Assembly: GCA_963837175.1 (NCBI GenBank)
Contig: CAWIMJ010000009.1
Coordinates: 65,968-129,967, forward strand
From: an uncultured Nitrososphaeraceae archaeon
GTDB taxonomy: Archaea > Thermoproteota > Nitrososphaeria > Nitrososphaerales > Nitrososphaeraceae
DNA length: 64,000 nt
Direction of reading: 5' to 3'
Shown: one piece after another, positions 43,199 to 55,348 of the stretch
Position numbering within the stretch: the first letter of the stretch is position 1
Layout of the letters: each line of letters opens with the position of its first letter
Program-made: the position numbers and the translations under genes
Notes under the pieces: model-generated
Told to the model about the DNA's origin: nothing
Seen by the model: the letters and a program-made list of their open reading frames with translations, nothing else
Databases searched by the model: none

Positions 43199-43687
43199 GT
43201 GAGCAATTTGATTGGTAACTTGAAACACGAATCAGCATTAAAAAGTACTACTAGACTGGAATCGATTCGTGATGCTAATGGTGTAAAAAGGGAAGACCGC
43301 ACAACTAGAATGGAGGACTATCTTGAAGTAATTTATGAGTTAATTGAACAGAAAGGCTACGCTACAACTGTAGATATTTCCAAATATTTGAATGTTAGTT
43401 CTCCAAGTGTCACCAAAATGGTACAGAGGTTAGATGAAAGCGGTCATCTTAATTATGAGAAGTACAGAGGAATTCGTCTCACACATGAGGGGATTATTGT
43501 TGCTAAAAGTATTCGTGAAAGACATGGCTTATTGGCGGATTTCTTTAAAATGATCGGAGTAGATGAAGACTCTGCAAATAAGGATGCAGAGGGCATTGAA
43601 CATCACTTGCATCCCGAGACTTTAAAAAAATTAGAAGAATTTGTAAGAATTGTAAAAAAGAATGCCAAACTTATCGCATCAGAATAA
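43199..43687 (+). CDS. DtxR/MntR-family metal-dependent regulator
   Basis: MEDYLEVIY, VSSPSVTKM, RHGLL, AEGIEHH. Confidence 0.93.
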   Translation: MSNLIGNLKHESALKSTTRLESIRDANGVKREDRTTRMEDYLEVIYELIEQKGYATTVDISKYLNVSSPSVTKMVQRLDESGHLNYEKYRGIRLTHEGIIVAKSIRERHGLLADFFKMIGVDEDSANKDAEGIEHHLHPETLKKLEEFVRIVKKNAKLIASE

Positions 43688-44011
43688 TTGAAGAGAAAAA
43701 CCTTCATTGATTATATTCTTTGATGAAGTTGGTGATGTGATGATCAAACTTCCAGCCCATTAGTCTGTGCTTATATTTACCCTTAATAATCCCACACTTC
43801 TCAAATATTGATAAAATATTTTTTAATTTTTTAGGCACGGTAATATTTAATGATTTTATTTAAATTGTGAAGAATGAGGATTGTATTCCAAATAATCATT
43901 TTTATTGTAATTTAAATATTATATTTTTTTTATAATGTGGAGTATAAAGAAAATCAACTTCTTTTCTAATGTAAGGATAATAAGTAATGTATGCAATATA
44001 TATAATAAGAC

Positions 44012-44155
44012 ATGACAGATATTGCGAAAAAGATAAAAAATATAGGTCAAGATTCCGAAGCAAAAGCTCAGACCTCAGAAGACCATGCAGAAGGTAAGCC
44101 TAGTTCCGAAACACTTAACAAGGCTAAGGTAAAAGTAAAAGACGCTCTATCTTAA
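44012..44155 (+). CDS. 47-aa hydrophilic small protein (CsbD/LEA-like composition)
   Basis: MTDIAKKIKNIGQDSEAKAQ...KAKVKVKDALS followed by a T-rich terminator-like tract; below the ORF-track cutoff. Confidence 0.6.
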   Translation: MTDIAKKIKNIGQDSEAKAQTSEDHAEGKPSSETLNKAKVKVKDALS

Positions 44156-45187
44156 CACCTGGAAACTAGCCTTTCTTTCTTTTTATTGTCAGCGAAAACG
44201 CATAACAAGCCGTAAATATCTCAATAATGGAACGTTATATTTCCTAGTAAGGAATTATCTTGTGGATCTTTTATAATAGATGAAGATAAAAAAGAAAAAT
44301 AGCGGTATTTTACAACTAATTCTGAGATATTGTAACCTTAACAAGGATAGAATCATTTTTGGAACTATTCATTTTATTGGAACTTTTTTTACTCACGCTA
44401 TGCCCAACATGAAAGCAATAATTACCTTCAGAGAATTGTTATGTGGGCAAAATATTAGATTTGATTCAATATAAATATAAAGGCTCTCGATTATAAAAAT
44501 GAGTAACCATCTTGTTCAATTCTACTATTACCATTTTATTTAGATTTTTGCGATTTTTGAGTCTGGTGAATTATTATCTGATCTTGGGAATGGGTCTTCT
44601 GCCTTATCGGTTAGTGCTTTTTCAGAGCCAACTAGTTTAGCTATATCTAGTTTATTTGATGGATCTATAATATAATTCTCAGATCCCTTCTATCTTAATT
44701 CACTAGTATTATAGCTGGAGTTATATTTTCTTGAGATAATTCTTTCTTTTCTTATCCTCTTTCTTGAGATCTTTTTATTATGTCTGCAGCATTACCCTTA
44801 ATTTGAGTTCCTTTGTTCCAAGTAGCCATATCACAGGGCTCAATTATATCAAGAATATCTCGATATATTACCAATCTTTGTTATACCTATAGTAGTAGTT
44901 TTTACTGATTCTTGTTGTTGTTCTTTTTCTTTCGAATCTTAGCACTTATTATTATCAACTGAGGAATACTTGTCTCTATTCTTGTTTGTTGATTGATTAT
45001 ATTATTATTGCTGCTCACTATTTTCATCCTATGATTATCCATGGCCTACTTTATATTTAGAGAAGATAATAGGCACTTTAAGATATGATATATGCCTGTT
45101 GGCACAAATAACATAATTTACCAAGACAAGAATAGATTGTACTAAAAGTAATGCAATGTTAAGATTAACATCAAATTATGGATTTAT

Positions 45188-45592
45188 CTACTGCTCTTCT
45201 GATTTTTTCTTATCTCTTATCTGCTCAATTAATCGTATATATGAATCTAAAAAACTCTGTGCATACATATTAGCATGTTTCTCTGATCCTCTGTGAACAC
45301 CAGCTCTTGTTCTTATGTGATGATAAAACTCGTGTAATACAATGAAAGGATTGAAAAACATATCTGAATTTATTACATAAATTCTACTTTCTTTTTGAAC
45401 GTAAACAGCATAAACTGTCCTTCGCTTTCCCTTTACAGTTCCAACAACAATTTTGGGTGGAGTAACATTATAAAATCTGCTTAGATTTTGTAATGCTTCT
45501 TCGGTGTTTCTGTTAAGAATCAGGTGTACTATCTTAGCCTTGGTTATGTCATCTGGTTGAATACTGAAAGAAGAAAAAGAAGAAGAGGACAT
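45188..45592 (-). CDS. Small zincin-like (HExxH) protein
   Basis: VLHEFYHH..SEKHAN. Confidence 0.75.
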   Translation of the reverse strand: MSSSSFSSFSIQPDDITKAKIVHLILNRNTEEALQNLSRFYNVTPPKIVVGTVKGKRRTVYAVYVQKESRIYVINSDMFFNPFIVLHEFYHHIRTRAGVHRGSEKHANMYAQSFLDSYIRLIEQIRDKKKSEEQ

Positions 45593-47013
45593 GATTGACT
45601 ATACAAGTAGATATTACATTATCCAAATATGTTCTTGTCTTTAAGATAATGAGATGCCCAGAATAAGAAACAAATTAAGTTATTGCACTCTTAAATTTAA
45701 ATTTTGATGAGTGTTTTTGATATATACCTATAATGACAGCCAAAAGCAAGATGATGACAACATGATTTTAGTAATATTACTAAGCTTTAGTTTTTTCTTG
45801 TTGCTTCTCATTCTCCTTCTAATGCTGCAGTCCCATTGCTACTAACTAAACACTAAAGTCTGGTTATAAAATGCTAACCTGCAACACTTAAAATGTAATC
45901 TTTAACCATTCAACACTCAACTAATTTATAAAATAAACCTCTTCTTCTATTACTGACCACTGCTCCTTACAATAACGTAATGCCAGACTTGTCGCGTACT
46001 GCAGATGTTTACTTTAGTGAATATTTAGCATAGAAACAAAGACAAAGCTTATTTCGCTAATGGTTCTAACTTTGAAAGTAATTCGTTGTATCTATTTACT
46101 AGTTCGAGACTTTTACTTTGTTCATATCGATTTCTACATTCGATGATAGCATTGATTATATCTCTTAGTTCTTGGTCATTCAAAGTGCTTTGTTGAGTTC
46201 CACTTGTAATAATTATTTTAGAAACCAACTAATCATAACCTCCATGACTGTTCATAGATTTGTTTGTTGAGTCAGAGAGAACGATGATAATTATAATAGT
46301 AACAATGGATGAGTCTACCTGTCTTTTTAGTTCTAAGACGTCTGCTAATTCCTCTTGAACACATCTTGATGATGGCATGGTTAATACCTCCATTATACTA
46401 CTTGCTCCTCTTTTATATATAAAGTGACTCATAATATATTGGGCTCTAGTCATTCATTGTTCTATTCATGACTGTTTTCAGTATGAAAAGTAATACGTTA
46501 AGGATAACGTTTCTAATACCGTTTAGGATGAATTCAGTGATAGAACAAAAGATGTTCTGGTCAATAGTAATGCTGTTTTCCCCATCTATACATGCTCAAG
46601 GGCGATTTGATTGCAATGGCGAAGAGCCCTTACCTTCAGGTTTCTGTATTTGTAAAAGTAACCAAGAAAACATAAAACAAAGTATGTGTATATACCTTAT
46701 AACGTTGGCGTATGTCAACCAATATATTAGTAAGCGTACAGTTAAAGCTAGTGGCAATAACATTTGCTGTTGCTACAATGCTCATCTTATTTGAAATAGT
46801 TCCAATGAGTAATTGGGAATTTACTAAGATCCCTTTACGAACTATAATAAGGATAAAAGGACATGAACAAGAACACTTCTATTATGATAATTCCCTTTCT
46901 TATTATTCAAAGCAGGAAGACAATAAAGAAAACATTATAGCTGCTGCTTATTATGTTCTTGCTATTGGTAGCGGCTCTCACCATTATGGTAATAAGATAA
47001 ATACTAAAGAAGC

Positions 47014-47692
47014 ATGGACGTCTTCTTCGCCTTTCCCCTACTCATCTCCCTCCTCCTCCCCTTCTAGAAGCAAGAAACATGTTCACTCAAGTATTAGAAT
47101 AGAAAGATATCTTCAGGTCATTACAAAGAGAAGCAGATAGACAAGGAATAGCAGTTAATAGTATTATCAATAAAATACTGAAGAATTATGTTATATCTTA
47201 TATTATTTTAGCAATTAGGTTTTCTACTTGTGAGTAAAGACTTTCTTAGAAAGACATTTGCTGAATTGCGAGATGAAAAGCTCATATTTCAATTTGGAAA
47301 AGAACTTGGATTAACAGTAGCCAAAGAGTATGTATCATTACTTCAATCCCCAATAAAATAGCAATACTTTAACTCAGTTCCTAGATATATGGTTTAGAAG
47401 ATTTCAATCATGTAAGCATAGAGTTGAGAATATAAATAGATACAATGATGATGATGACATTAAGAATAATAAGGACAGAAAACAAGAAGAAGAACAAGAA
47501 CGAAATAATCAAAGTCACAGTTTTAAAGAAAATCACGATATTAACATGAATTTCTCAATTGCATTAAAATCAATATTAGAAGGATTAATTGAACCAATAA
47601 CTAAATCTCCAGTAAAGTTTAGAGATATAACATCAAACTCAATCTCATTTTCATTTGAAATAAAGAGTAGTGATAGTAGTAGCATTAGTTAG
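47014..47692 (+). pseudogene. Multiply frameshifted gene with an N-terminal ribbon-helix-helix-like domain
   Basis: Stitched frames read KKHVHSSIRIE/SLQREADRQGIAVNSIINKILKNYV/QLGFLLVSKDFLRK../FLDIWF..NHDINMNFSIALKSILEG..SNSISFSF. Confidence 0.6.
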
Positions 47693-47875
47693 CTTTCTTA
47701 GAATTGCTGATGTTGTAGAGAGTTATATAGAGGATATTACATTATTATTATTTTACGTATACGTGAGTCTAGTCATGTTCTTCTTTTGTAATCACAATCA
47801 CTTTGTTATCAGAATCTAAGTATATCTATATATCTTTATATATATTCATATAGGATCGTGAAATTTTCATCAATA

Positions 47876-47918
47876 TGTGCCATAATGTAGTACATTGTGC
47901 GCCATTGTGCTCATGTGC
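47876..47918. promoter_or_regulatory. Helically phased TGTGC repeats
   Basis: TGTGC at 47876, 47896, 47906 and 47914 plus TGTAG at 47886, just upstream of TTATATA. Confidence 0.45.
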
Positions 47919-47967
47919 CATAATTCTTATATAATTTAATTTGTTCCCTTGTTATGGAATGCCTATT

Positions 47968-48359
47968 ATGATGAATAAGACTAATCAAGAAACAAAACTA
48001 TTGGCTATTGCTGTAACGATAGCAGCAATAGGCAGCAGGACTAGCAGCAAGTTTAACAACAACACAAATAGCTGACGCCTACGTGGGTGGTTTTGGTGGT
48101 GGATGTTCAGAAAGACCTGATGGGACTTTATATTGTGCTGGAGGCAGTGGTATTAACGACAACCCAGGGTTTGTTGAAGAGGGAGGAGATGGCCCAGGCG
48201 GTAGCGGAGGATATAATACAGTTGATCCAGAAACAGGAGAAGGGACTGGGTCTGGAGGTGGTAGGTAAGTACGTGGGACAACCCTCTCAGGATGATCACA
48301 AAGAAGGCTATGGGGGTCATTGTGTAACAGCCACTGGATGTGTAGGTAACGAACGGTAA
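47968..48359 (+). pseudogene. Secreted Gly-rich 4-Cys protein with two frameshifts (near 48031 and 48265)
   Basis: MMNKTNQETKLLAIAVTIAAI/AAGLAASLTTTQIADA-YVGGFGGGCSERPDGTLYCAGG.../GKYVG..GGHCVTATGCVGNER. Confidence 0.6.
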
Positions 48360-49030
48360 AGTACCTCTATGTGTAAAATAATTTCTTCGTCGGCTAAAGA
48401 TTGACACAAACAATTCTCTAATTCTCCTCTTTTCTTTTCTTTTAAATAATTAATTAATCAAGCATAATATTCAGGTTATCATACTATACTCTGCGCTTAT
48501 ATGCCGTTATATTCTCCAGAGGATTTTCTATTTCCTGAGCTGATTGAATATCATTATCCAGATCTCTTTCTGTAGATTATAACTTTGACCTCTGTAGATG
48601 GTGAAGGCTGTGAAGGCTCTATATAAGATAAGAATTGTTTATTACTATATTCATTTAAAATATCTTCGATATTTGAGGTAGAAGCAGATTTTTTCCTTCT
48701 TGCAATTAGAAAATTATTTTCATTTTATATATGATAGTCTTATTGAGAAATAGAAGCGTTCTTTTCAATGCCTTCACCACTTTCACTCCCTTCACTTTCT
48801 GTTAGTTTTGTTTGGATGCAAACTCACAATCACTTTACATAATGTTTGCAATGATAAACGGCCACATTCTTCACTCTATAACTATATAGTTAAGGATAAT
48901 TAAAGAGAAAGACCTTAAATCTGTGTACAATAATAGAAGATAGAGTTTAATAGGCTCCTTCCCTGAATTAGAATATATTTCTTTTAGTTTATTTATAAAG
49001 AAACACATTACTTCTTCTTGCCATCTTCTT

Positions 49031-49397
49031 TCATCCTTTCATAAATCCAATAGTAAATCCAGCTGACATACTACTAGTGAAAGGAATACCAAAGTTTGTC
49101 ATTACTAATGAAGACGCTGTTGCAGCAGCGTGACCGTCAGCATTGCTGCTAATAGCTGGAATCTGTGTTATTGCGTTTGAAAGAGTTGTAATAGTACCTT
49201 CAGACACTAGTTTGAAGTTTATTCCAGTTTATGTTGGCTATCTGTTGACTCTGAAGATATGCTAATCCAGCTAGAAATAATCCAGCTATAACAGCTGCTA
49301 ATTTAATTAATTTCTTCAAAGCATATCCAATTAGAATACCTACAAAGAAGCCACCTCCTAGAGTAGCCGCAGCTGGTCCAAAACTTTCGATGCTCAT
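49031..49397 (-). CDS. FUN14-family membrane protein, frameshifted near 49207
   Basis: GGGFFVGILIGYALKK..INWNKL; second frame ends NFGIPFTSSMSAGFTIGFMKG. Confidence 0.78.
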
Positions 49398-49803
49398 AAT
49401 TGTAGGTGCTCCTGCTCCTTAGGAGTTTAGTTGTCAGCATTATGAAATGACCGGTATCTTGATACCTTTGTATTAGTACAGTAATGTATATGGTAACAAT
49501 AACAGATATGATCATCCAGTCTAAGTGATCAAAACTAATGAAAGTATACTTGACACATTTTGGATCTTCCATACCTATTTGATTATCTGAGTCTTTGACA
49601 ATTTGCCTTAGTTGTATCATGTAACCTATTTTATTATCTACAAGAGATATAGCTTTTGTAGTAGACTTTTCTATCGAATATCAAGTAAATTTGGAATGAA
49701 AATTAACTTTGCAGTATCTTCATTTTATACCCCTCTCCCTCGCTATCTCTGTGATGCCTTAAACCTTATTTACATACTTATTAAAAGTACATTGTCGAAT
49801 TCT

Positions 49804-50008
49804 ATGAATGAATCTGTACCATTATCATCATCACCATCATCAAAACTACCATTAAACTCACTACAAGAAATAAATACATAATAGAATAATGCAGAAGAAA
49901 AGGGAGATGCATCCGTCTCATAATAAAGTATATCTAGAAAGTTTGTCTACTGAGATACAAACATTGCAATGGGTATCAGCACAAATACTTATGCTACTGC
50001 GACAATAA
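49804..50008 (+). pseudogene. Disrupted small helical protein, paralog of 54210
   Basis: LPLNSLQEI/NRIMQKKREMHPSHN..TEIQTLQWVSAQIL. Confidence 0.55.
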
Positions 50009-50162
50009 TCAGCTACTACCAAGAGTTAACAGCACATTTTGGGCCTAGTTATTATGTCAAAATTGTTTCACGTCCCATAGAATGTAATAACGGTTGCGGA
50101 TATAAGTTAACATTGTTAAGTAATATTCTTTAGAGCGAAATGAAAATAATATTACCCATAAT

Positions 50163-50294
50163 ATGTTCGACGCCTTAATTCAACAGGTATTCAAATTGCA
50201 AGGAGCTGCAGTCTTTATACCGCTAGCATTTGGATTGGCTGTAGGTCTAGGATATGTTATTATTTCGGCGGCGCGCCATAAAAAAGGCACATAG
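50163..50294 (+). CDS. 43-aa single-TM small protein
   Basis: MFDALIQQVFKLQGAAVFIPLAFGLAVGLGYVIISAARHKKGT. Confidence 0.5.
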   Translation: MFDALIQQVFKLQGAAVFIPLAFGLAVGLGYVIISAARHKKGT

Positions 50295-51473
50295 ATACAA
50301 AAGAAATAATTGTTAAAACCAAGTCATTATTGATATTAGTTATCATCGTTTTGACTATTATTATATAGCCTCTGCCTAAAAAGATAAAGAAGTATCGCAG
50401 TTACTCCCGTTGATAATATTATCACAGATACAAACCATGTAATATCACTTATGATCAAAGATTATTTGAGATAATATTATACTTTTATAAATATAAGACA
50501 TTCGTTTAAAATGAATGTCTTTTTCATAGCCCCTATAACGGTATTGCAATCAATGCCTAGCCCTTTCTTAATTATCTTACAAAAATGTGGTCGCTGAACC
50601 CAGACTACCAACAAGACTCAAACCCCTCAAACCTTTCTGGAAACTTTAGAAAACCTTTATAGCTTAAGATATCTATACCATATTTAGGAATCTACTTTTA
50701 GCACCGATATCGGCATGGATTCCACCGAACCCGGACCAATACTCATCTAACTTTGCGTTTATTAAGAACGGAATATAGTAAATGGGTCCATATATCAAAT
50801 CAGATTTGATTCATAACCCTTGGGCCGCAAATTTGTGTCGATAACTATTCACAAACGACCAGGCCTATTTCACACATTTTTGTTTTTGTTTTCTTTTGTT
50901 TCCTAAGTCGGATACCTTGATTTTTAACGATATTAGCATATCTGCAGAGGTATCCAAATACCAAGCCTAATTCGCCATAAAATGTGGCTGGGATAATCGT
51001 GAATAGTAGCAACACTATGATTATCGTCAGCTTTATGCTTTATTATTAGCAGCAATGACGTTACGACATAATCATTCTATTACCTTTGTTTGCTTCAGTC
51101 CATTTCGCATTAGAATAGGAACCTCTTGGCTGTCCAGGCGTTTCTTTCCATTTGGTTTATATTCATAGCAGAATACCAATCGCTCCAGCTTTATCAACAG
51201 ACATTAATATAAGACCTATGTTTTGTTTAAGGTATCTCTAAAAATTGATTTATCTCCGACGGCTTTATGTATTAGGTCGATTCATAAACAATAAAATAAG
51301 TTTATTAAATATATAAAATATAATTTCGGTTTACTGATGACAAAATTATATTTATAATAATATACAAATTTGCAGAAAGAGTTATTATTTCAAACTATTC
51401 TTTTTGTATGCCAAATGAAATGAGATAAAGCACAAAAAAATTAGCCATTGCAAATCAAAGGACTATATTTACA

Positions 51474-53120
51474 CTATTGAAATTTTTTTATGATATTCTC
51501 AGCTGCTCCTATAAGGTATTGATCTTCATTGGTATTTACAGCTTTGATGTCTTCAATAAGTTTTTGTAGTTCATTGCAGGCATCATCTACACTATTATTA
51601 TGTTTCTCCTTTTCGGCCTCAAAAACCTTATCTAGTGCGTCATCAATTCCTTTTTTAATTAATTTGTCTATGGTATCGTAAGAAAAATCAAATATTTTAT
51701 CTGAAATTATGTCTTCATCATCTTCACGTTGTATCTTTATTTTTTCGTCTAGATCAAATCTATGTTTTAAGAGGTGCCAGTAATATCTGTTTCCTCCTTT
51801 ACGCTTAGTACTTTTTGATGTTTGCTCTAGAATTCTATTAAAATCTCTAATTTTATTATTATAGTATTCTTTTAAATCATCTTTGTACTTTTTATCATTA
51901 ATCTTGCCTACTGATTCGTTAATTTTATCAATCGATTCTATTGCCACGTCTGTCATTTGCTCAACAAAATCTTTGTAATCAGCGATAACTTTAGCCATTT
52001 TCAGATCGTATTCGGTCTTATCATGGAATCTTATGTCATTTTCTCTGTCTTTTGTTGTATCATAATCAAATAGTGACGGTATATGAGCTCCAGCTTCTTT
52101 GGATGGATGTAAGTTTATTATACAAACTTCAACTTTTGGAATCTTTTGTTCACTTTCTTCCCAATCCTTCCATGTAGTGTATGTGAGTTTCTCCTTCTCT
52201 GACTCTAATCCTAATTTTTCTTTCCAAAAGTCAGTATGTTCACTTATAAGTTCTCTTAGAGGTGTGTTACTTACTATTCCTCCATCCCAATACTTGCGTC
52301 CGTTTATCTCCTCATAAGCAAAGTTCTTCGGCACTGCAGCACTTGCAATAACATGCTTTAGAGAAATGCCTCCTTCTTTATCTTCATCTTTTTTCTTATA
52401 ACTATCAAATGTTGTTGTTTCTGCGTTTTCTATATCAACACTAACTAAAAGTAGTCTAGGTTCATTATTTTTTTCAATACTTGTTTTTATTTTTTGTCCG
52501 TTTCTTAATTTCTTTGCAAACTTTTCTATGCTGCTTCTCAAAGGATCGTTACTATATTGATGCCACAATGCTAATGGTGTATAATCAAAGAATTTGTTAA
52601 ACATTGGTGTTGCAAAGGGAAAGAAAAACAAAGGGCTAAAGACATGTTGCTCTCCAAATGTCAAAGACCTTCTAGTTGATAAATATCTTCTAAAAGCCTC
52701 ACCAGATGGCAAGTTAAGATAAGGAAAAAAACTTCGCCAATTATCCCAAGAAGACTTTAAAAATGGCGTCCAAAATCTAAAATAGTCAAATGTTGAAGAA
52801 ACATATCTCCAAAAATCAACAAGTTTTTCTGGTGAACCCTCCCAATATTTCATATTACTGGATTTCCCATTATTATCATTTCCTTTGCCTTTGAATTCTT
52901 CTTCTTTCCTTTCCAAAATATGGCTTAAAATTATTGAAGCATTTATTGCACCTATTGAAGTCCCAGCTATAATATCAAAAATGTTCTCCTCATCATTGTT
53001 TACGTCTTTTTTAATCCAATGATAAAGGACATGAAATACGCCAGCCTCATAAGCGCCAAGTGAGCCTCCACCTTGAAAAACTAGAGCTCTTTGTAATTTA
53101 GGTACAGTGACGTTAGACAT
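51474..53120 (-). CDS. Patatin-like phospholipase
   Basis: GGGSLG, GTSIG, WDGG. Confidence 0.92.
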   Translation of the reverse strand: MSNVTVPKLQRALVFQGGGSLGAYEAGVFHVLYHWIKKDVNNDEENIFDIIAGTSIGAINASIILSHILERKEEEFKGKGNDNNGKSSNMKYWEGSPEKLVDFWRYVSSTFDYFRFWTPFLKSSWDNWRSFFPYLNLPSGEAFRRYLSTRRSLTFGEQHVFSPLFFFPFATPMFNKFFDYTPLALWHQYSNDPLRSSIEKFAKKLRNGQKIKTSIEKNNEPRLLLVSVDIENAETTTFDSYKKKDEDKEGGISLKHVIASAAVPKNFAYEEINGRKYWDGGIVSNTPLRELISEHTDFWKEKLGLESEKEKLTYTTWKDWEESEQKIPKVEVCIINLHPSKEAGAHIPSLFDYDTTKDRENDIRFHDKTEYDLKMAKVIADYKDFVEQMTDVAIESIDKINESVGKINDKKYKDDLKEYYNNKIRDFNRILEQTSKSTKRKGGNRYYWHLLKHRFDLDEKIKIQREDDEDIISDKIFDFSYDTIDKLIKKGIDDALDKVFEAEKEKHNNSVDDACNELQKLIEDIKAVNTNEDQYLIGAAENIIKKFQ

Positions 53121-53331
53121 TGTGCTATGTTTTAACTGTCTTATTATTTAACTTTGGTAATAGAGGAACATTATTACAAGTATAAGCTATTAATAGACAA
53201 AGAAAGCTATTGACAATATTTTGGGCTAGGTTATGCTATCTATACAATTACTGCCTAACGTTAAGTCTACATCAACTACTATAGGGTTGATAATAGCAAC
53301 TTTATATTTGAAAGTATATGATGATAATCAA

Positions 53332-54204
53332 ATGGTTTCTTCGACTTTTGATCCTAATCAGTTTAAAATGGCTCAACGTGAAGGCTGGGATAGCGTTGCT
53401 GAAGGATGGAAAGAGTGGTGGAAGCCTATTGAGAAAGGAGCTCAAAAGATAAGTCAGCGATTAATCGAACTTGCTAGAATTAAACCCGGACAAAGAGTAT
53501 TAGATATAGCAACAGGCATTGGAGAACCATCAATTACAGCAGCAAAAGTTGTCGGAACCGGCGGTGGTCATGTTTTGGCTACAGACATTTCAAGACAAAT
53601 GTTAGCCATCGCAAAAGAAAGAGCTACGCTCCTGAGATTGCATGACATAATTGAGTTTAAAGAAAGTGATGCGGAAAACTTAGACCTAGCAAACTCATCG
53701 TTTGATGCAACGCTATGTAGATGGGGACTAATGCTATTACCAAATCTAGATGCTGCGATAGGAAAAATATATAGTTCGTTAGTGTCAGGTGGGCGATTTG
53801 CAGCTGCAGTTTGGGCTGATGCGACTAAAGTCCCAATTATTAGCTTGGTTACCAGAGTAATAGCCAATCAAGTACAAATGTCAGCGCCTCCACCAGGAGT
53901 TCCAAACCCGTTTAGCCTAGCTGATACAAATAAGCTTGAAAATTCTCTAGCCAGAGCAGGATTCAGAGACATTCATATTGACACAGTAATTGTAACATTT
54001 GAATTTGAATCAGGGGAAGAGTATTATCGTTACTGTCAAGCAGTTAGTAATTCTGCCCGTATTGCGTTGTCTAAAGAGACTGAAGAAAGAAAGGAAGATG
54101 TCTGGAGAAAAGTAGCAGAAGAAGCAGCGCGAAATTATGGAACTGCTAACGGACTGATAAAAATGGATAATGAATCAATATGTATAGTCGGAACACGGCT
54201 ATGA
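53332..54204 (+). CDS. Class I SAM-dependent methyltransferase (UbiE-like)
   Basis: VLDIATGIG, TDIS, DAENL, GGRF; ATG 53332 preferred. Confidence 0.9.
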   Translation: MVSSTFDPNQFKMAQREGWDSVAEGWKEWWKPIEKGAQKISQRLIELARIKPGQRVLDIATGIGEPSITAAKVVGTGGGHVLATDISRQMLAIAKERATLLRLHDIIEFKESDAENLDLANSSFDATLCRWGLMLLPNLDAAIGKIYSSLVSGGRFAAAVWADATKVPIISLVTRVIANQVQMSAPPPGVPNPFSLADTNKLENSLARAGFRDIHIDTVIVTFEFESGEEYYRYCQAVSNSARIALSKETEERKEDVWRKVAEEAARNYGTANGLIKMDNESICIVGTRL

Positions 54205-54209
54205 TATCA

Positions 54210-54380
54210 ATGCTACCTCTAATATCATTACAAGAAATACTACGTAATAGAATCACCCAAAAGAAAGGAGAAATACACAAGTCTCATAATATAGCTTATG
54301 CGAATATTTTGTAGACAGAAATAGAAACATTGCATTGGGTCTTGGCTCAAATACTAACTCTTAAGAAGAAGAATGAATTA
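54210..54380 (+). pseudogene. Small helical protein with in-frame TAG at 54312, paralog of 49804
   Basis: MLPLISLQEILRNRITQKKGEIHKSHN..IL*TEIETLHWVLAQIL. Confidence 0.55.
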
Positions 54381-54580
54381 ATTCCAAACTTATATTTCTT
54401 CTTCAATTTCAGAAAGCTCACATCTGGATTCTCCAAATAATTTATCTTTTCAAAGCTATCCCGATATCGAACGAGATAAATACAGTAAAAATCTGTTGTA
54501 ATGAGATTATGTAATAATAAGACTTGTTAGAGAAAAAGTAAATATACTATTTCATATAAGATTATAATAGGATGATTTAA

Positions 54581-54739
54581 ATGCTGGATCAAGAGACGTC
54601 TACAAAAACAACTAGTAGTTATACTAGGAATAAACGAATTCAATACTCTTGTGGATGCAAGTATTTATTTAACCATCAAATTTTATTAGAACAGATTTGT
54701 TCAGAACATGAAAGAGAACTAATCACTCAAAATGGCTGA
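54581..54739 (+). CDS. 52-aa putative Zn-binding small protein
   Basis: YSCGC..ICSEH. Confidence 0.5.
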   Translation: MLDQETSTKTTSSYTRNKRIQYSCGCKYLFNHQILLEQICSEHERELITQNG

Positions 54740-55348
54740 TTGCATTATAAAATGATGAATTTTTTATGCTTTACTATCCTATTACTTTTTTGGATCTAAT
54801 TTATCCTTTTTTTATCGGTCTTGTTATTCTTGTTCTTCTCTCGCCGACGAACGATTCCAAAAGAGATTTCAGTTTTAATTTGGGGTAGGTGTATTGCCCG
54901 CTACTCTTTCTTTTTCAGTCAAATTATGTGTGTATATGAGTGATATAATATGAGTTTAGTCGGAGTATAGTCATAGGTTAAACAATGGCGGCATAGAAGA
55001 GAGTTTAATCCAAAGTTAGGGATTACTTGAACATATTACTTGATCTTTTTTGCTCATTATTAATCAAATCGATTTCTGCTTCTACTTTTTCGAGACTTTG
55101 TCCATCAATACTAAAGATTAGCTTTTAGGTCGTAGAGTCTTTTGAAAAAGTTAGATATTAACATACTATAGTAGAATATATTATTACTTCTTCCAAATAA
55201 AATTGCTAAAGACAGAACGTGATATAAAATACCTCCACCAGATCATGTTAAGTGCTGAAAATTTGAAGAAAATCGATGGAGGTATTCTTAGACGCTCTAT
55301 GTAATATATCTACGCCTTGTCTTTCTATTTCTTCTCTTCATTCACTAT

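Noticed and set aside
46229-47140. ORFs 46229, 46468 and 46712 as intact genes
   Set aside because: No recognisable motifs; 46712 runs into the RHH-like relic and looks chimeric
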